Origin: a virus
Reading direction: 5' to 3' (one strand)
IMG/VR virus record: IMGVR_UViG_3300033141_002688
Coordinates: 5,302-69,301 of that record
DNA length: 64,000 nucleotides
Each line of letters starts with the position of its first letter. Positions within the stretch are counted from its first letter, which is position 1. The notes under the pieces are model-generated. The model worked only from the letters and a program-made list of their open reading frames with translations, searched no databases and was not told where the DNA came from. Made by a program: the position numbers and the translations under genes. Positions 50,685-60,193 of this stretch are shown in pieces.

Positions 50685-51762
50685 ACTTTTCAGCCCATTT
50701 GTGATATGCGGAGTGTCCAGCTAGTTCAGGATGCCTAGCAAGAGTATCTTTAAAAAATGCTAATACATATTCGGCATGAGCAATACCATTTTCAAAATTT
50801 TTATGGTTATACCACCTTTCAAAATATTTAATAATATTACTTAAGTTTTTCTTACTAGCATAATTAGCTAAGGCTGCACAAATAGCCCATTCTACTGTGG
50901 GATCTTGTGGTATGATTCCCTTTTCTGGATTTTCAATAATTTTTTTGACATCAGGAAGTTCTTTATAAATCTTGTAAAATCCCAATACTTCGCCAGCAAA
51001 ACCCTGTCCTGCTATTCCTGTAAAAACATCAAACCACAAATGTTCAGGCCATTTTTCGTTTACTACTTCTCCACAAGCTGCAATTGTTCTAGGACATGGA
51101 CTACCAATAATATCGTTTGTTGGTTCCCAATCAGTTAGAAAATTAGGTCTATATCTTATTGCTCCTATCAACCAAGCTGGTAAACCTTTTCTATGTGCCC
51201 ATTTACACCATCCTTCAACGTCTACCTCAAGATGATATATTCCACCTAGCATTCTAGATTTAATAGGTTCTAATATTCCTGTAACTGCTGCCTTATCTTG
51301 TCTTCTGTTAGTGTTTATTCCAAAGACTACATTAGGGCCAATAGGTTTATTGTCAAGCTTTCTTTCTAGAGTTAATTGCATAGCTGCTGCTTGAGTAGAT
51401 GGTGCTGACTGTCCAAAATCTTCGAGTCTAACATAAAGAATGTCTTTAGAGTGAATTAAGTCTCTTAAGAATCCTATTGGCAAAAATTCAGCCACCTTAG
51501 TAGTCTTTCCATCTTCCGTGATATTGTCAACTACCCAAGGCAAACCAGAATAATTAGATGGATCATGGACTACCGGATGTGCAACGATGGATTTTATTTT
51601 CATTTCTTCTACTATTTGCTGATCCAGTTCCGATTTTCCAATTCCAGGTCTACCTACCTTCATATGTGGTCTTCGTGTTTCAATACATTTTCTAATAATT
51701 TCCAACATAGTATCATGGTTTACAGTTACGATGTTGCTTATTCTCTCACTTTTTTTACTCAT
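50665..51762 (-). CDS. MoxR-like AAA+ ATPase
   Basis: GRPGIGKS Walker A, LED Walker B variant, QAA..QL.LER, NR..D, PCPRT; adjacent to the vWA gene. Confidence 0.85.
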   Translation of the reverse strand: MSKKSERISNIVTVNHDTMLEIIRKCIETRRPHMKVGRPGIGKSELDQQIVEEMKIKSIVAHPVVHDPSNYSGLPWVVDNITEDGKTTKVAEFLPIGFLRDLIHSKDILYVRLEDFGQSAPSTQAAAMQLTLERKLDNKPIGPNVVFGINTNRRQDKAAVTGILEPIKSRMLGGIYHLEVDVEGWCKWAHRKGLPAWLIGAIRYRPNFLTDWEPTNDIIGSPCPRTIAACGEVVNEKWPEHLWFDVFTGIAGQGFAGEVLGFYKIYKELPDVKKIIENPEKGIIPQDPTVEWAICAALANYASKKNLSNIIKYFERWYNHKNFENGIAHAEYVLAFFKDTLARHPELAGHSAYHKWAEKYAPKYN

Positions 51763-51895
51763 TTCAAATCTCCTTTCTTATTTTAATAATAATGTTGGTT
51801 TATAGGTTAAGAGTTTAATTGATTTAGGTTTAAAGAGTAAATTAAATTTTAACCAATAATACTTGTAGATTATTAAACTTTTCATATTACCTCCT

Positions 51896-52135
51896 TTAAT
51901 CACCAGAACAGTTTAGTAGTTTAAGTAATTCCTTTTTAGTTAAATGAGTTAAGTATGGTTTGTAATAGTTGAATAGTAAATTCAGTTCATCCTTATATAG
52001 AGATCTCCAAAGGTCATGTGCTTCTGATGGATATTTAATAATTAATTTTATTACTTTACTATTATTATTTTCTAATTTCATTTTTAGCAATATAATATCT
52101 TTATACTTTTCTAAATCTTTAATAGTGTAATTCAT
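51896..52135 (-). CDS. LRxKLE family A protein
   Basis: MNYTIKDLEKYKDIILLKMKLEN...YYKPYLTHLTKKELLKLL. Confidence 0.7.
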   Translation of the reverse strand: MNYTIKDLEKYKDIILLKMKLENNNSKVIKLIIKYPSEAHDLWRSLYKDELNLLFNYYKPYLTHLTKKELLKLLNCSGD

Positions 52136-52704
52136 TCCATTTTTGCTCCTTTTGGAATAGGTTTATCACCATAATTCTTAATTTTAATCCAATCAATAGA
52201 TGATCCATCCCAATATTTTGAGTTTGAGTTCCTGATAACCAATCCTTCCCATCCTTCACTGAAGATTCTATTTTTCAATATTAAAAGATCTCTTTCATTT
52301 TCAATTATCCAATTAGGAACTACTGACAGGTATTTAGTTTGTGGATCAATCTGGTTGAGTATTTCAAATATTTTGAAGGGAGATTCATTACTGTAATCTT
52401 TATTTTCTAATAATATAATATTCCATAGTCTCAATTTCAAGTTATCAGAGCATTTATTTCTCAATAATCCATAAAAATCTTTGTAGGTTCTACCATCTTT
52501 ATAAATCAGTTCACCTAGATAAATGCCATCTGGTAATCTTCGCCTAGCAATTTCAGTAATAGGGCATTCAATTCTTATTCTACCATATTTTGGTTTGTTT
52601 ATTAGTAAGGCTTTGGTGTTTTTCACGATTAGATATTCCATTTCACCGTTGTATCTGAACTTTAATACAGGCATTTTGAAAGATTTATCCATTTTGTATT
52701 TCAT
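52132..52704 (-). CDS. ATP-dependent DNA ligase-like nucleotidyltransferase domain (degenerate motif I, no OB domain)
   Basis: RYNGE in place of KxDG; GELI, LWNII, GWEGLVIR...Y, WIKIK. Confidence 0.65.
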   Translation of the reverse strand: MKYKMDKSFKMPVLKFRYNGEMEYLIVKNTKALLINKPKYGRIRIECPITEIARRRLPDGIYLGELIYKDGRTYKDFYGLLRNKCSDNLKLRLWNIILLENKDYSNESPFKIFEILNQIDPQTKYLSVVPNWIIENERDLLILKNRIFSEGWEGLVIRNSNSKYWDGSSIDWIKIKNYGDKPIPKGAKME

Positions 52705-52988
52705 TTTATCTCCTTCGCTCTTTTTGATTTTAGGTCTTTTTCTATTATACTGTTTGCACGACCTTTATTTGACCAATTAAAAGATTCAATTGTAGGTTTC
52801 TTATTTTCAAGCTTCATTCTAAATAGCCATCCTTTAATATATCTTTTTTCTTCTCTGGTTAAATTCCTAATAATATAGAAATTTTCTTTATGGTCTATAC
52901 ATATATTATACATCTTATGGTTTGAATAATCAATAATTATACTAGAATCAGGGAGATCTAGTAATTCTTTAAGTTTGTTTATTCTCAT
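52701..52988 (-). CDS. LRxKLE family B protein
   Basis: NLTREEKRYIKGWLFRMKLENK. Confidence 0.65.
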   Translation of the reverse strand: MRINKLKELLDLPDSSIIIDYSNHKMYNICIDHKENFYIIRNLTREEKRYIKGWLFRMKLENKKPTIESFNWSNKGRANSIIEKDLKSKRAKEIK

Positions 52989-53178
52989 ATGTTAAATTTT
53001 TCCCTTCCAATTGCTTTCTCAAAATGAAAATTTTGATAATTTTTTTGTAGTCAAAACTTAAATTAATTATTATTGGGATGCTGTATTCCTTATTATAGCA
53101 TTTTATCTCTATAAAATCATTGTTAAATACTATCTGCAGTTTATCATATTTCTCTAAAACATTTATTATTTTTCTCAT
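52969..53178 (-). CDS. LRxKLE family B protein
   Basis: KKIIKIFILRKQLEGK. Confidence 0.6.
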   Translation of the reverse strand: MRKIINVLEKYDKLQIVFNNDFIEIKCYNKEYSIPIIINLSFDYKKIIKIFILRKQLEGKNLTYENKQT

Positions 53179-53510
53179 AAGTATTCTTCAAACTGTTTCA
53201 TTAAATTTTTAGGTGGTTTTTCGTGTTTGGCATCCCAATTAAGTATAGGAGCAATAGCTTTTCTCTTACCTTTAATACCAAACCCTACATACTGGCTCCA
53301 GGCTTCTTCTGCTCTTTCTTGAGCATCAGGATAACGTTTCCAATAGTAACCGTAAATCAATGGTCTAATTTTAGATTCTTGTGCTGCCAATATTTCATCT
53401 CTTGAGTAACCTTCTTTTCTCCAATCTTCTTCATTCTCTTTTAGTTGTGTTAACATTTCTTCTGTTGACATATTAGCCTTCAATCTTATTGCTCTACCTT
53501 TCAAAGACAT
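53175..53510 (-). CDS. Hypothetical protein
   Basis: AGGAG SD; intact ORF. Confidence 0.5.
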   Translation of the reverse strand: MSLKGRAIRLKANMSTEEMLTQLKENEEDWRKEGYSRDEILAAQESKIRPLIYGYYWKRYPDAQERAEEAWSQYVGFGIKGKRKAIAPILNWDAKHEKPPKNLMKQFEEYL

Positions 53511-53524
53511 ATTAAATCTCCTTT

Positions 53525-54101
53525 CTATTCATAATATTTATCTTCAAATAGCTTTAATTGTTTATTATCCAATTCAAAATCAATCATTGATTTAGCGGAT
53601 TCCAATAGACCATTAGTTTCAAAATCATTACCATAAAAACCTCCACAATTGTCAATTATTTCTCCATCTTTATTTATAACATTATAGCAATAGATATTTC
53701 CCATTAGATAATCATTGTATATCTTTACTTCATTTCTCAATATTTCTTTTACTTTTTCTTCTAATTTCTTGGATATTCTTTTCACGTTAAATTCATTCCT
53801 TATTTTCTCTTTATCCGCTACAATCCAGCCTATTTGGGCCACTATCCCAAGGATCTTGAAAATCGTTAATACTCATTATTAATCCGGAATGATCAAGAAG
53901 ATACAAGGGATAAGAGATATTTTCCTTTGCATATTCTCTAGCTTCTTCAACTAAAAAATTATGCTTGTCTCCTAGTAAATATCTTTTATGAAAGCAAATC
54001 ATTTCTCCTAAATTATCCCATTCTCTAGGTGATTCTAGTATGTCATCCTGGTAGATCTTAATACTATATCCTTTATAATCTATTTCTTTTATAGCTTCCA
54101 T
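53525..54101 (-). CDS. Conserved phage early protein (SPREWDNLG...DHSG...WDSGQIGW family), one gene split by a 1-nt frameshift at ~53838
   Basis: Minus strand TGG GAT AGT GGC C CAA ATA GGC TGG: removing one C restores WDSGQIGWI and joins 53811-54101 with 53525-53842. Confidence 0.75.
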
Positions 54102-54103
54102 TT

Positions 54104-54628
54104 TTAACCTCCATTAATTGATTCTTCGATTTTTCTTCTGAGATATTGACCTTGAATCTTTTTGCCTTCTTCTGAATTCGGATCAATTTTCTTTATTCTC
54201 ATGTATTCTTGGGGGTTGTTATATTTAGTTATACCTTTGATTTTCAAATAGAGATTAGGATAAACATCTTGAAGAAGTGGGGTGTCACAAGTACCATTAT
54301 TAAGGTCTATTATCATATTATCCTTGAAAAGCCATAAAGTTATAGGATGTGATCTTTTTTGGACTATCCATACATCATAAAATTGAAATACAGAATAATT
54401 AAGAGGCAGAAAAGTACTAATTCTCTCTTTTGTAGTAGAAGTTTTTCGACCACCACTATTCAATATTATTTTATTGTCAGGTAAGTATTTAATTATATCT
54501 GTATAATAATATCTAATTACTCTTTCTTTTTTGGAGTTCCAGTATTCTACTGTATTATTTCTAACAGTGAATCTGCTTTTTTGGATATCATCAATTCCTT
54601 TCAATATCTCAGATTTCTTAAGTCTCAT
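54104..54628 (-). CDS. Conserved phage early protein with C-terminal LRxKLE tag
   Basis: YYTDII...IILNSGG.KT.TTKERI; ends KIQGQYLRRKIEE. Confidence 0.6.
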   Translation of the reverse strand: MRLKKSEILKGIDDIQKSRFTVRNNTVEYWNSKKERVIRYYYTDIIKYLPDNKIILNSGGRKTSTTKERISTFLPLNYSVFQFYDVWIVQKRSHPITLWLFKDNMIIDLNNGTCDTPLLQDVYPNLYLKIKGITKYNNPQEYMRIKKIDPNSEEGKKIQGQYLRRKIEESINGG

Positions 54629-54698
54629 TGTCCAACTCCCTTTATTTTTGATGAATAGTTCCCTGTAATTCTATTGTTTCATTGAACAACTTGGTTTT

Positions 54699-55244
54699 TT
54701 AGCTGTCATTAAATATTACTTTTATCCCTCTTATTATACTCTCAGGCAAAGGCTTAATAAGCCAAAGGCTACCAAACCTATATCCTCTATCCTCATATAG
54801 ACCTATTCTTTTCAAATATTTACAGCAAGCTTCATACCAATCATTTTTAAACTCTTCTGGATATTTATGTTGAAAAGGTCTTAAAGCAAATTGTTGCTTC
54901 ATGGTTCCTGCTTGCATGTCATTTAGATGGTATTCCTTCCATATTTCGAGTAAATCTAAAACCTTATCTTGTGAAAGGTAGAACTTGAAATTATCAATAT
55001 TCTCTAGAATAGCATTATTAATCTGCCCTCCACATATAGTTTTTATTTCTCCTACTATGGACAAGGTTAAGAATTCTGAAATAGGTTCCAATCTCCAAGT
55101 TAACCTGTTTTCACTACGTAATTTTATACTTGCTGTTATAAAAATATCATTCTTTTCTGTGTCATTACCTAATAAAATTGTTCTTTCCCAAGATTCTTTT
55201 TTCATTTTCAATCCTCCTTTTAATAGATTAAAAATCTTCATCAT
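54699..55244 (-). CDS. Conserved phage early protein (W..YHLNDM.AG family)
   Basis: GQI...IWKEYHLNDMQAGT..Q...GY.FGS.W...LP. Confidence 0.6.
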   Translation of the reverse strand: MMKIFNLLKGGLKMKKESWERTILLGNDTEKNDIFITASIKLRSENRLTWRLEPISEFLTLSIVGEIKTICGGQINNAILENIDNFKFYLSQDKVLDLLEIWKEYHLNDMQAGTMKQQFALRPFQHKYPEEFKNDWYEACCKYLKRIGLYEDRGYRFGSLWLIKPLPESIIRGIKVIFNDS

Positions 55245-55415
55245 TAACAGGATAAGCTCTTGTTAATATAGTAAACATTAAATTGGCTAAGTCTCTCCTT
55301 TCATCTAATCTGAATGGTTTATCATCTAATTCATAAAGCCTTTTATTAATTTGCTTTAATTTCTCAAAATCTTCTATATCTATTAGCATCCCTATTGTTG
55401 TTTTTGTAGACATTA

Positions 55416-55802
55416 TTACTCCTCCATATTGTAAGCTTTACAAAAATAAACGTCTGTGGGATCCCCTTCTCCTGATTCATACCAAAGATCATATCGGTCT
55501 AAAACATTTTCTAGTGTTTCCAAATAAACTTGATCCTTTATTGCCTCTTTCATGGTAAAGTTTGAACACCAGAGCATGTAGTATTTACCACTTGGAATAA
55601 TACTCAACCAGGAGCAGATATATAGTGCCTTGTATTTATTATCATCATCACCTAGTAACTCCAAATCAGGGTCTTTGTCAAGCTCATTATTAATACTATC
55701 GAAATCAAATTCCTCATTAATCTGTTTTTCATATTTTTCTGATAGTTTCTCAAATACATCGTGTCTCTCCCAAACTTCATTTAGTTTGCTATAACTTAAC
55801 AT
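55416..55802 (-). CDS. Acidic hypothetical early protein
   Basis: D/E-rich; PSGKYY..W and GEGDPTD motifs; AGGAG SD. Confidence 0.55.
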   Translation of the reverse strand: MLSYSKLNEVWERHDVFEKLSEKYEKQINEEFDFDSINNELDKDPDLELLGDDDNKYKALYICSWLSIIPSGKYYMLWCSNFTMKEAIKDQVYLETLENVLDRYDLWYESGEGDPTDVYFCKAYNMEE

Positions 55803-55832
55803 GATTAATCTCCTTGGTCTAGTGTTAATTGC

Positions 55833-55873
55833 TTAATCCTACTCCCTAAACTCTTTACAGGGAGTAGGATTAA
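55833..55873. terminator. 15-bp hairpin (terminator or RNase III site)
   Basis: TTAATCCTACTCCCT-N11-AGGGAGTAGGATTAA in an intergenic gap. Confidence 0.7.
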
Positions 55874-56028
55874 AAGTTAGGCGTATTCTTTGATCCAGTT
55901 AAGAATTTCTCTCATTAATACATCTTCAACATACTTTTGTGCAGTTTCATGATAGATGCTTGCAATCTCCCTCATAATCTCCGCCAAATAACCATCAATT
56001 ACTATTGTATCATCCTTTTTCTTAGTCA

Positions 56029-56406
56029 TTATTTCACCTCCTTTCTTATTTTGATTTGCCTTGTTGCACCTATTATTAAATTCAATAGTTCGCTTCTTGA
56101 GTAGCAGGCCAAAAACTTATTATAGGTGTCAAGGCAATCTACAGCAAAACTATCAAAAAGCCAATACCAGTTCGGCTTGATACACTTCCTGGCATATTTC
56201 CAGGCATCAATTTCTTGTTGCCAAACCTGAAACGGCTCCTTTTCCTTGAGCGTTGCTCTAAGTCCTAAGTGTTGAAAATGAGCATGCCCAAACTCATGAA
56301 GCAAACTAAATAGATCATAGTAATCTCTTAGGTCAGTATAGTGGATAGTCTTATTCTCCGGTATATAAGAGAAAGTTTTGTCTCTTTGGATTTTACAGTT
56401 AGGCAT
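56029..56406 (-). CDS. HExxH zinc metallopeptidase-like protein
   Basis: LLHEFGHAH...QEIDAWKYA. Confidence 0.65.
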   Translation of the reverse strand: MPNCKIQRDKTFSYIPENKTIHYTDLRDYYDLFSLLHEFGHAHFQHLGLRATLKEKEPFQVWQQEIDAWKYARKCIKPNWYWLFDSFAVDCLDTYNKFLACYSRSELLNLIIGATRQIKIRKEVK

Positions 56407-56719
56407 TATTACCTCATAAATACTTCATTACATCTAGGACATCTGAACACTATCCTAGTTCTAGGAATAGGTACAGCAATAACAAAATTGCATTTAGGAC
56501 AAGGGATGCTTTCAAAGCACCAAAGTAAATTCCTATACAGCTTGAAATACTTTCTCATTTTTTCTATCTCCCATTATAAAGCAAGTGAAAAGTTAGTTTT
56601 TCCCAAAGACTAGCTAAAAGTTTAGCTTGCCTTCTGGATAGACCTAAATTTCTAAGCCTACAGTAAAGAACTAAGCAATTAAGGTTATGTTGTAGTGTTG
56701 CTTTTAACATTACCTTTTT

Positions 56720-56926
56720 CTAAATCTTATCAAGTAGATATTTACAGTTGGAAAAATCTCCCTTTTCATATGCCTTGGTATATTTTGTAGCCAAAGCTTC
56801 ATCTCCTCCAACAAGATCTAAAATGGCAGTTTCAATATCTTTTCCATATCCAGAATTAGAAGACATACCTATACCTGTCTTGTCGAAAAACTTTACTTCT
56901 ATCATTTTTCTCTCTCCTTTTTTCAT
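56720..56926 (-). CDS. Hypothetical protein
   Basis: Intact ORF; SD before an internal ATG. Confidence 0.45.
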   Translation of the reverse strand: MKKGERKMIEVKFFDKTGIGMSSNSGYGKDIETAILDLVGGDEALATKYTKAYEKGDFSNCKYLLDKI

Positions 56927-57648
56927 ATTTCATCAAACTCTTTGTTGCATTCAAAACAGTAATACTTGTTACTGTTTTCAATCTGCAAAACTTCCTCTGA
57001 CTCACAAAATGGACAGAGTTTTTCAACATGGTACGGGTTCCAATTATCATCTAGAAACCAATTCTTTATGTCGAATTGTGGTTTGACCTTTTTATACGAG
57101 TCATTAGAAAAATAGTTCCCTTTGTATTTTTCAAACTTCCCAAACAAATATACTTTTCCTTGGTCTGCAAGAATAATCTTACTCCCTGTTGTAATAGACC
57201 TTATAGCGTTTTCAATTGCAGGGTCTTTTCTGAGATATGGCAAAAGTGGAGTCATTATATCTTTTACGAAAATCATAGTATCAGTTAAATCTCTCTCTCC
57301 CTGTCCTAATACTCCATTATGTAGCAGGGCAGACTCACATATAATATCCAGAGCTTTTAAATCCTTTATCTTTTTACTAATAGGGAAGGGATGGCATTCT
57401 GACTTGAAATCCTTAAAACCGGAAGTTGCAATTCTGAAATGATAAAAAACTTCATTTCTCTTATTTAGTCTTTGGTTTTTGTAATCTTCCCAAAAACTAT
57501 CAAAAGTTAAAAATCCCTTTCTGATATGATATTTACCATTTTCCTCATACATATAACCTATCCCATCTGGATTATTAGCAAAACAAACTTCCAGTGTTTT
57601 CCTTTGCGGCAATCTAGTTCCCTTTGGACTATAAATGGCTATGCACAT
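56923..57648 (-). CDS. Class II (Ntn) glutamine amidotransferase
   Basis: N-terminal MC, NPDGIG, HFRIATSG, CHPF, HNGV, DT, YFSN. Confidence 0.88.
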   Translation of the reverse strand: MCIAIYSPKGTRLPQRKTLEVCFANNPDGIGYMYEENGKYHIRKGFLTFDSFWEDYKNQRLNKRNEVFYHFRIATSGFKDFKSECHPFPISKKIKDLKALDIICESALLHNGVLGQGERDLTDTMIFVKDIMTPLLPYLRKDPAIENAIRSITTGSKIILADQGKVYLFGKFEKYKGNYFSNDSYKKVKPQFDIKNWFLDDNWNPYHVEKLCPFCESEEVLQIENSNKYYCFECNKEFDEI

Positions 57649-58877
57649 AGTAAATCCTTTCTATCCATAAAATCATACAGATTCATATAGCTTTTCCTAT
57701 TCTCATTCACGTACTTAGCGAATACTTCCCAAGTCATTTCCTTAATTCCCTTTACTCTGGTAAACTCATAAATTGCCTTGCAAAACTCCATGTTTTTACA
57801 AAAACTCTTAAAATTAAGAGTACCTCTGAATATTCTAATTTCAATAGTGTTGGAATTCTGGACATTCACGGCGCTATACCTATTAAATGAATGGGATTTA
57901 GCCTTTCTCACTAAATCTTTGTGCTCTGTATCCTGAATGCTTGCATAACTCTCCAATTGTGACTCTTTTCTTTGGGAAATGATCCTTATAAAATCCTTGT
58001 TTTCATCCTCATAGAACAGTTTCAGTAATTTATACAGTTGGATACTGGAAAAAGCTTCCCTAGACATATGAACATGCATACCACATGTTCCAGCATCATA
58101 TGAAATATACCTTTTTTCCTTGAGAAAATTGAGCATATTCTCAAATCGGTGCTTGTTCTCTTTGTACCATTTCCAGGAAAGTGGATGGAAAACAATTTCA
58201 AATCCATTATTTAGACTCCCATCATATTTGCAATATATCTCATCTTCTGAAAAGTAATCATATAATTCTTTAACAGTATCAAAATGATTAACATAACTTT
58301 TTCCTTCAACTTCAAGTTCTATCCCAAAAAACAGATTAGTCTTTTCGTTTTTTCCATTTTTAAATTTCAACTCAGGAGTAAAACCATATGGTTTTATAGG
58401 AGCATTTTCAGCACAATATTGGCAATAGAAATTTCCATCAATTTCAATAGCATCATCCATACTAATTAAGTCCCCGCAATCAAAGCATGAAGTAAATAGT
58501 TCGTTGAAGCAAGACTCACAGTATTCATTTCCGCAATTGTCGCAAAGTGCTTGTTCTCTATCAACTATATCCAGACAGTTATAGCATCTAGTAAATAGTT
58601 CGTTGAAGCAAATTTCACAATATAAATTTCCTTCAGCTTCAAAACTCTCCTCAATGGGTATTATCTCTGAGCAATATGAGCATTCAGTAAATAACTCGTT
58701 GAAGCACTTCTCACAATAATACTTATCGTCATTAGCCGTGAAAGCATCTTCTCTAAATATGATATTTCCACAATTTTCACATGGGAGAGTTAACTTATCA
58801 AAGCACTCCTCACAATAGGGTTTACCTTGAAAAATCAAGCAATCTTCTTTTTCTTTACCGCAATTTGAGCATTTCAT
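57639..58877 (-). CDS. Amidoligase (COOH-NH2 ligase, Amidoligase_2-like) with N-terminal Cys-rich zinc-ribbon repeats
   Basis: About five CxxC-x15-YCxxC repeats; GIELEVE, DGSL..GFEIV.HP, CGMHVH, RYSAVN, TIEIRIFRGT. Confidence 0.88.
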   Translation of the reverse strand: MKCSNCGKEKEDCLIFQGKPYCEECFDKLTLPCENCGNIIFREDAFTANDDKYYCEKCFNELFTECSYCSEIIPIEESFEAEGNLYCEICFNELFTRCYNCLDIVDREQALCDNCGNEYCESCFNELFTSCFDCGDLISMDDAIEIDGNFYCQYCAENAPIKPYGFTPELKFKNGKNEKTNLFFGIELEVEGKSYVNHFDTVKELYDYFSEDEIYCKYDGSLNNGFEIVFHPLSWKWYKENKHRFENMLNFLKEKRYISYDAGTCGMHVHMSREAFSSIQLYKLLKLFYEDENKDFIRIISQRKESQLESYASIQDTEHKDLVRKAKSHSFNRYSAVNVQNSNTIEIRIFRGTLNFKSFCKNMEFCKAIYEFTRVKGIKEMTWEVFAKYVNENRKSYMNLYDFMDRKDLLCA

Positions 58878-59334
58878 TTCTAATCTCCCTTTCTCATATG
58901 TAGGAGTTTTTCAACATCTTCTAGGACACTTTCCCATACCTCCTTTTCCATTAAGACTAGGTACAAAAATAAGGACATAAGGAATGTCCTTATTATAATC
59001 ACCTCTAAATCCTAACACTTTACCTTTCCTACCATGCAATACAGAATTAGGATTATTTATTCTTACAATTTTGTTTAAATTTCTTTTATTTCTTTTTATC
59101 ATTTTTCTCTCCTCCCTATAGATACTAGGTGCCCTTTGTACCTGCCTGCATGAAAACCACAATTAGGGCATCCTTTGGGGTTTTTTCTATCGTATGTAAA
59201 CTCTTGTTTACACTTAGCACATGTTACCTTATAGTATCTTTGCATTTTTCTGTCTCCTTTCTCTTTTTAAATCCTTGAATTTGCTAGGTTTTTTATGAGC
59301 TTAGTGAGCAAAAAAAGCCTGTTATTCTAATGAC

Positions 59335-59421
59335 TTACACGAATAACAGGCTAATAGCAGTAATGACCAGGAAACCAAGGCAAAAGGCTATAAAGTTTAC
59401 AATACTAAGATAGTGTTTCAT
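59335..59421 (-). CDS. Small membrane peptide (28 aa)
   Basis: MKHYLSIVNFIAFCLGFLVITAISLLFV with GGAG SD. Confidence 0.45.
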   Translation of the reverse strand: MKHYLSIVNFIAFCLGFLVITAISLLFV

Positions 59422-59435
59422 TTTCCTTTCTCCCT

Positions 59436-59658
59436 CCAGTTTAAGGTTAATCCCTAAGCCTTTTAGCAGCAGAAAAAGCTTCTTTGGCAGTGGGATAATT
59501 CCAGTGAAAAATCCATTCACCGGTAGAAGCCGAAAAATAAAGGCTGAAATGTCGGCTATATGGTCGGTTATCGTGTTCCACTACCTTATACTTATCATTC
59601 TCTGCTAATACGGTTACTCTCTCCATGATCATCCTCCCAGTTTAAGGTTAACCCCTAA
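59436..59658. repeat. 22-bp direct repeat CCAGTTTAAGGTTAA(T/C)CCCTAA upstream of the first two leftward genes
   Basis: Copies at 59436-59457 and 59637-59658, one mismatch, each abutting an SD. Confidence 0.75.
59447..59632 (-). CDS. First leftward small ORF, hypothetical
   Basis: GGAGG SD; just downstream of a sigma54 site. Confidence 0.5.
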   Translation of the reverse strand: MIMERVTVLAENDKYKVVEHDNRPYSRHFSLYFSASTGEWIFHWNYPTAKEAFSAAKRLRD

Positions 59659-59673
59659 TCCTGCCTTGATATG

Positions 59674-59691
59674 TTGCATATTCCATGCCAA
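59674..59691 (-). promoter_or_regulatory. Sigma54 (-24/-12) promoter facing the leftward early genes
   Basis: TTGGCATGGAATATGCAA (GG-N10-GC). Confidence 0.6.
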
Positions 59692-60193
59692 TTGAATATC
59701 CCTAATCCTCTCTTAATTTAACCTAATTGAGCTTAAGGAATTTCCTGATCCAACCGACAATTTACGCCCCTAAATGACAAACTTTGTAATCCATAATGAT
59801 AACAGACACTTGAAACTTCCAAACTTGACAATTCTTGTCATTCAGTCTCTACCTTCCAGCTCGAATTTCTCAATCCTGAATCATACCATACCAAGTTTGA
59901 GCCTGTCAAGAAAAATCCTTCGGTGGGAACTGAAAATTCCCAATTCCACTCATATTTGACTTAATCAACTCTCAGTGCCGATAATCGGCTGTAATCGGGA
60001 TTGAGGTAAGCTATTGATATGATTGAGAATCCAAAATTTGCATGAAAATTTCCCTAAAGGGTCTTCTGAAATTTTCGACTCTGTAAACCCTTGATATTTA
60101 ATTGAAAATTCCGGATCACCGTGATTTTCAATGAAAAATGAAGGAAAATGGAGTTCGGAAACTGAGAGTTGCTTACCCAAAGGGCCATGAGAA

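Noticed and set aside
53820-53860. Apparent programmed frameshift joining 53811-54101 and 53525-53842
   Set aside because: A single extra C in GGCCC restores a conserved WDSGQIGW motif; there is no slippery heptamer. Most likely a sequencing error.
1009-58469. Many antisense and nested ORFs in the six-frame track
   Set aside because: They shadow well-supported genes on the opposite strand or frame and have no recognisable motifs.
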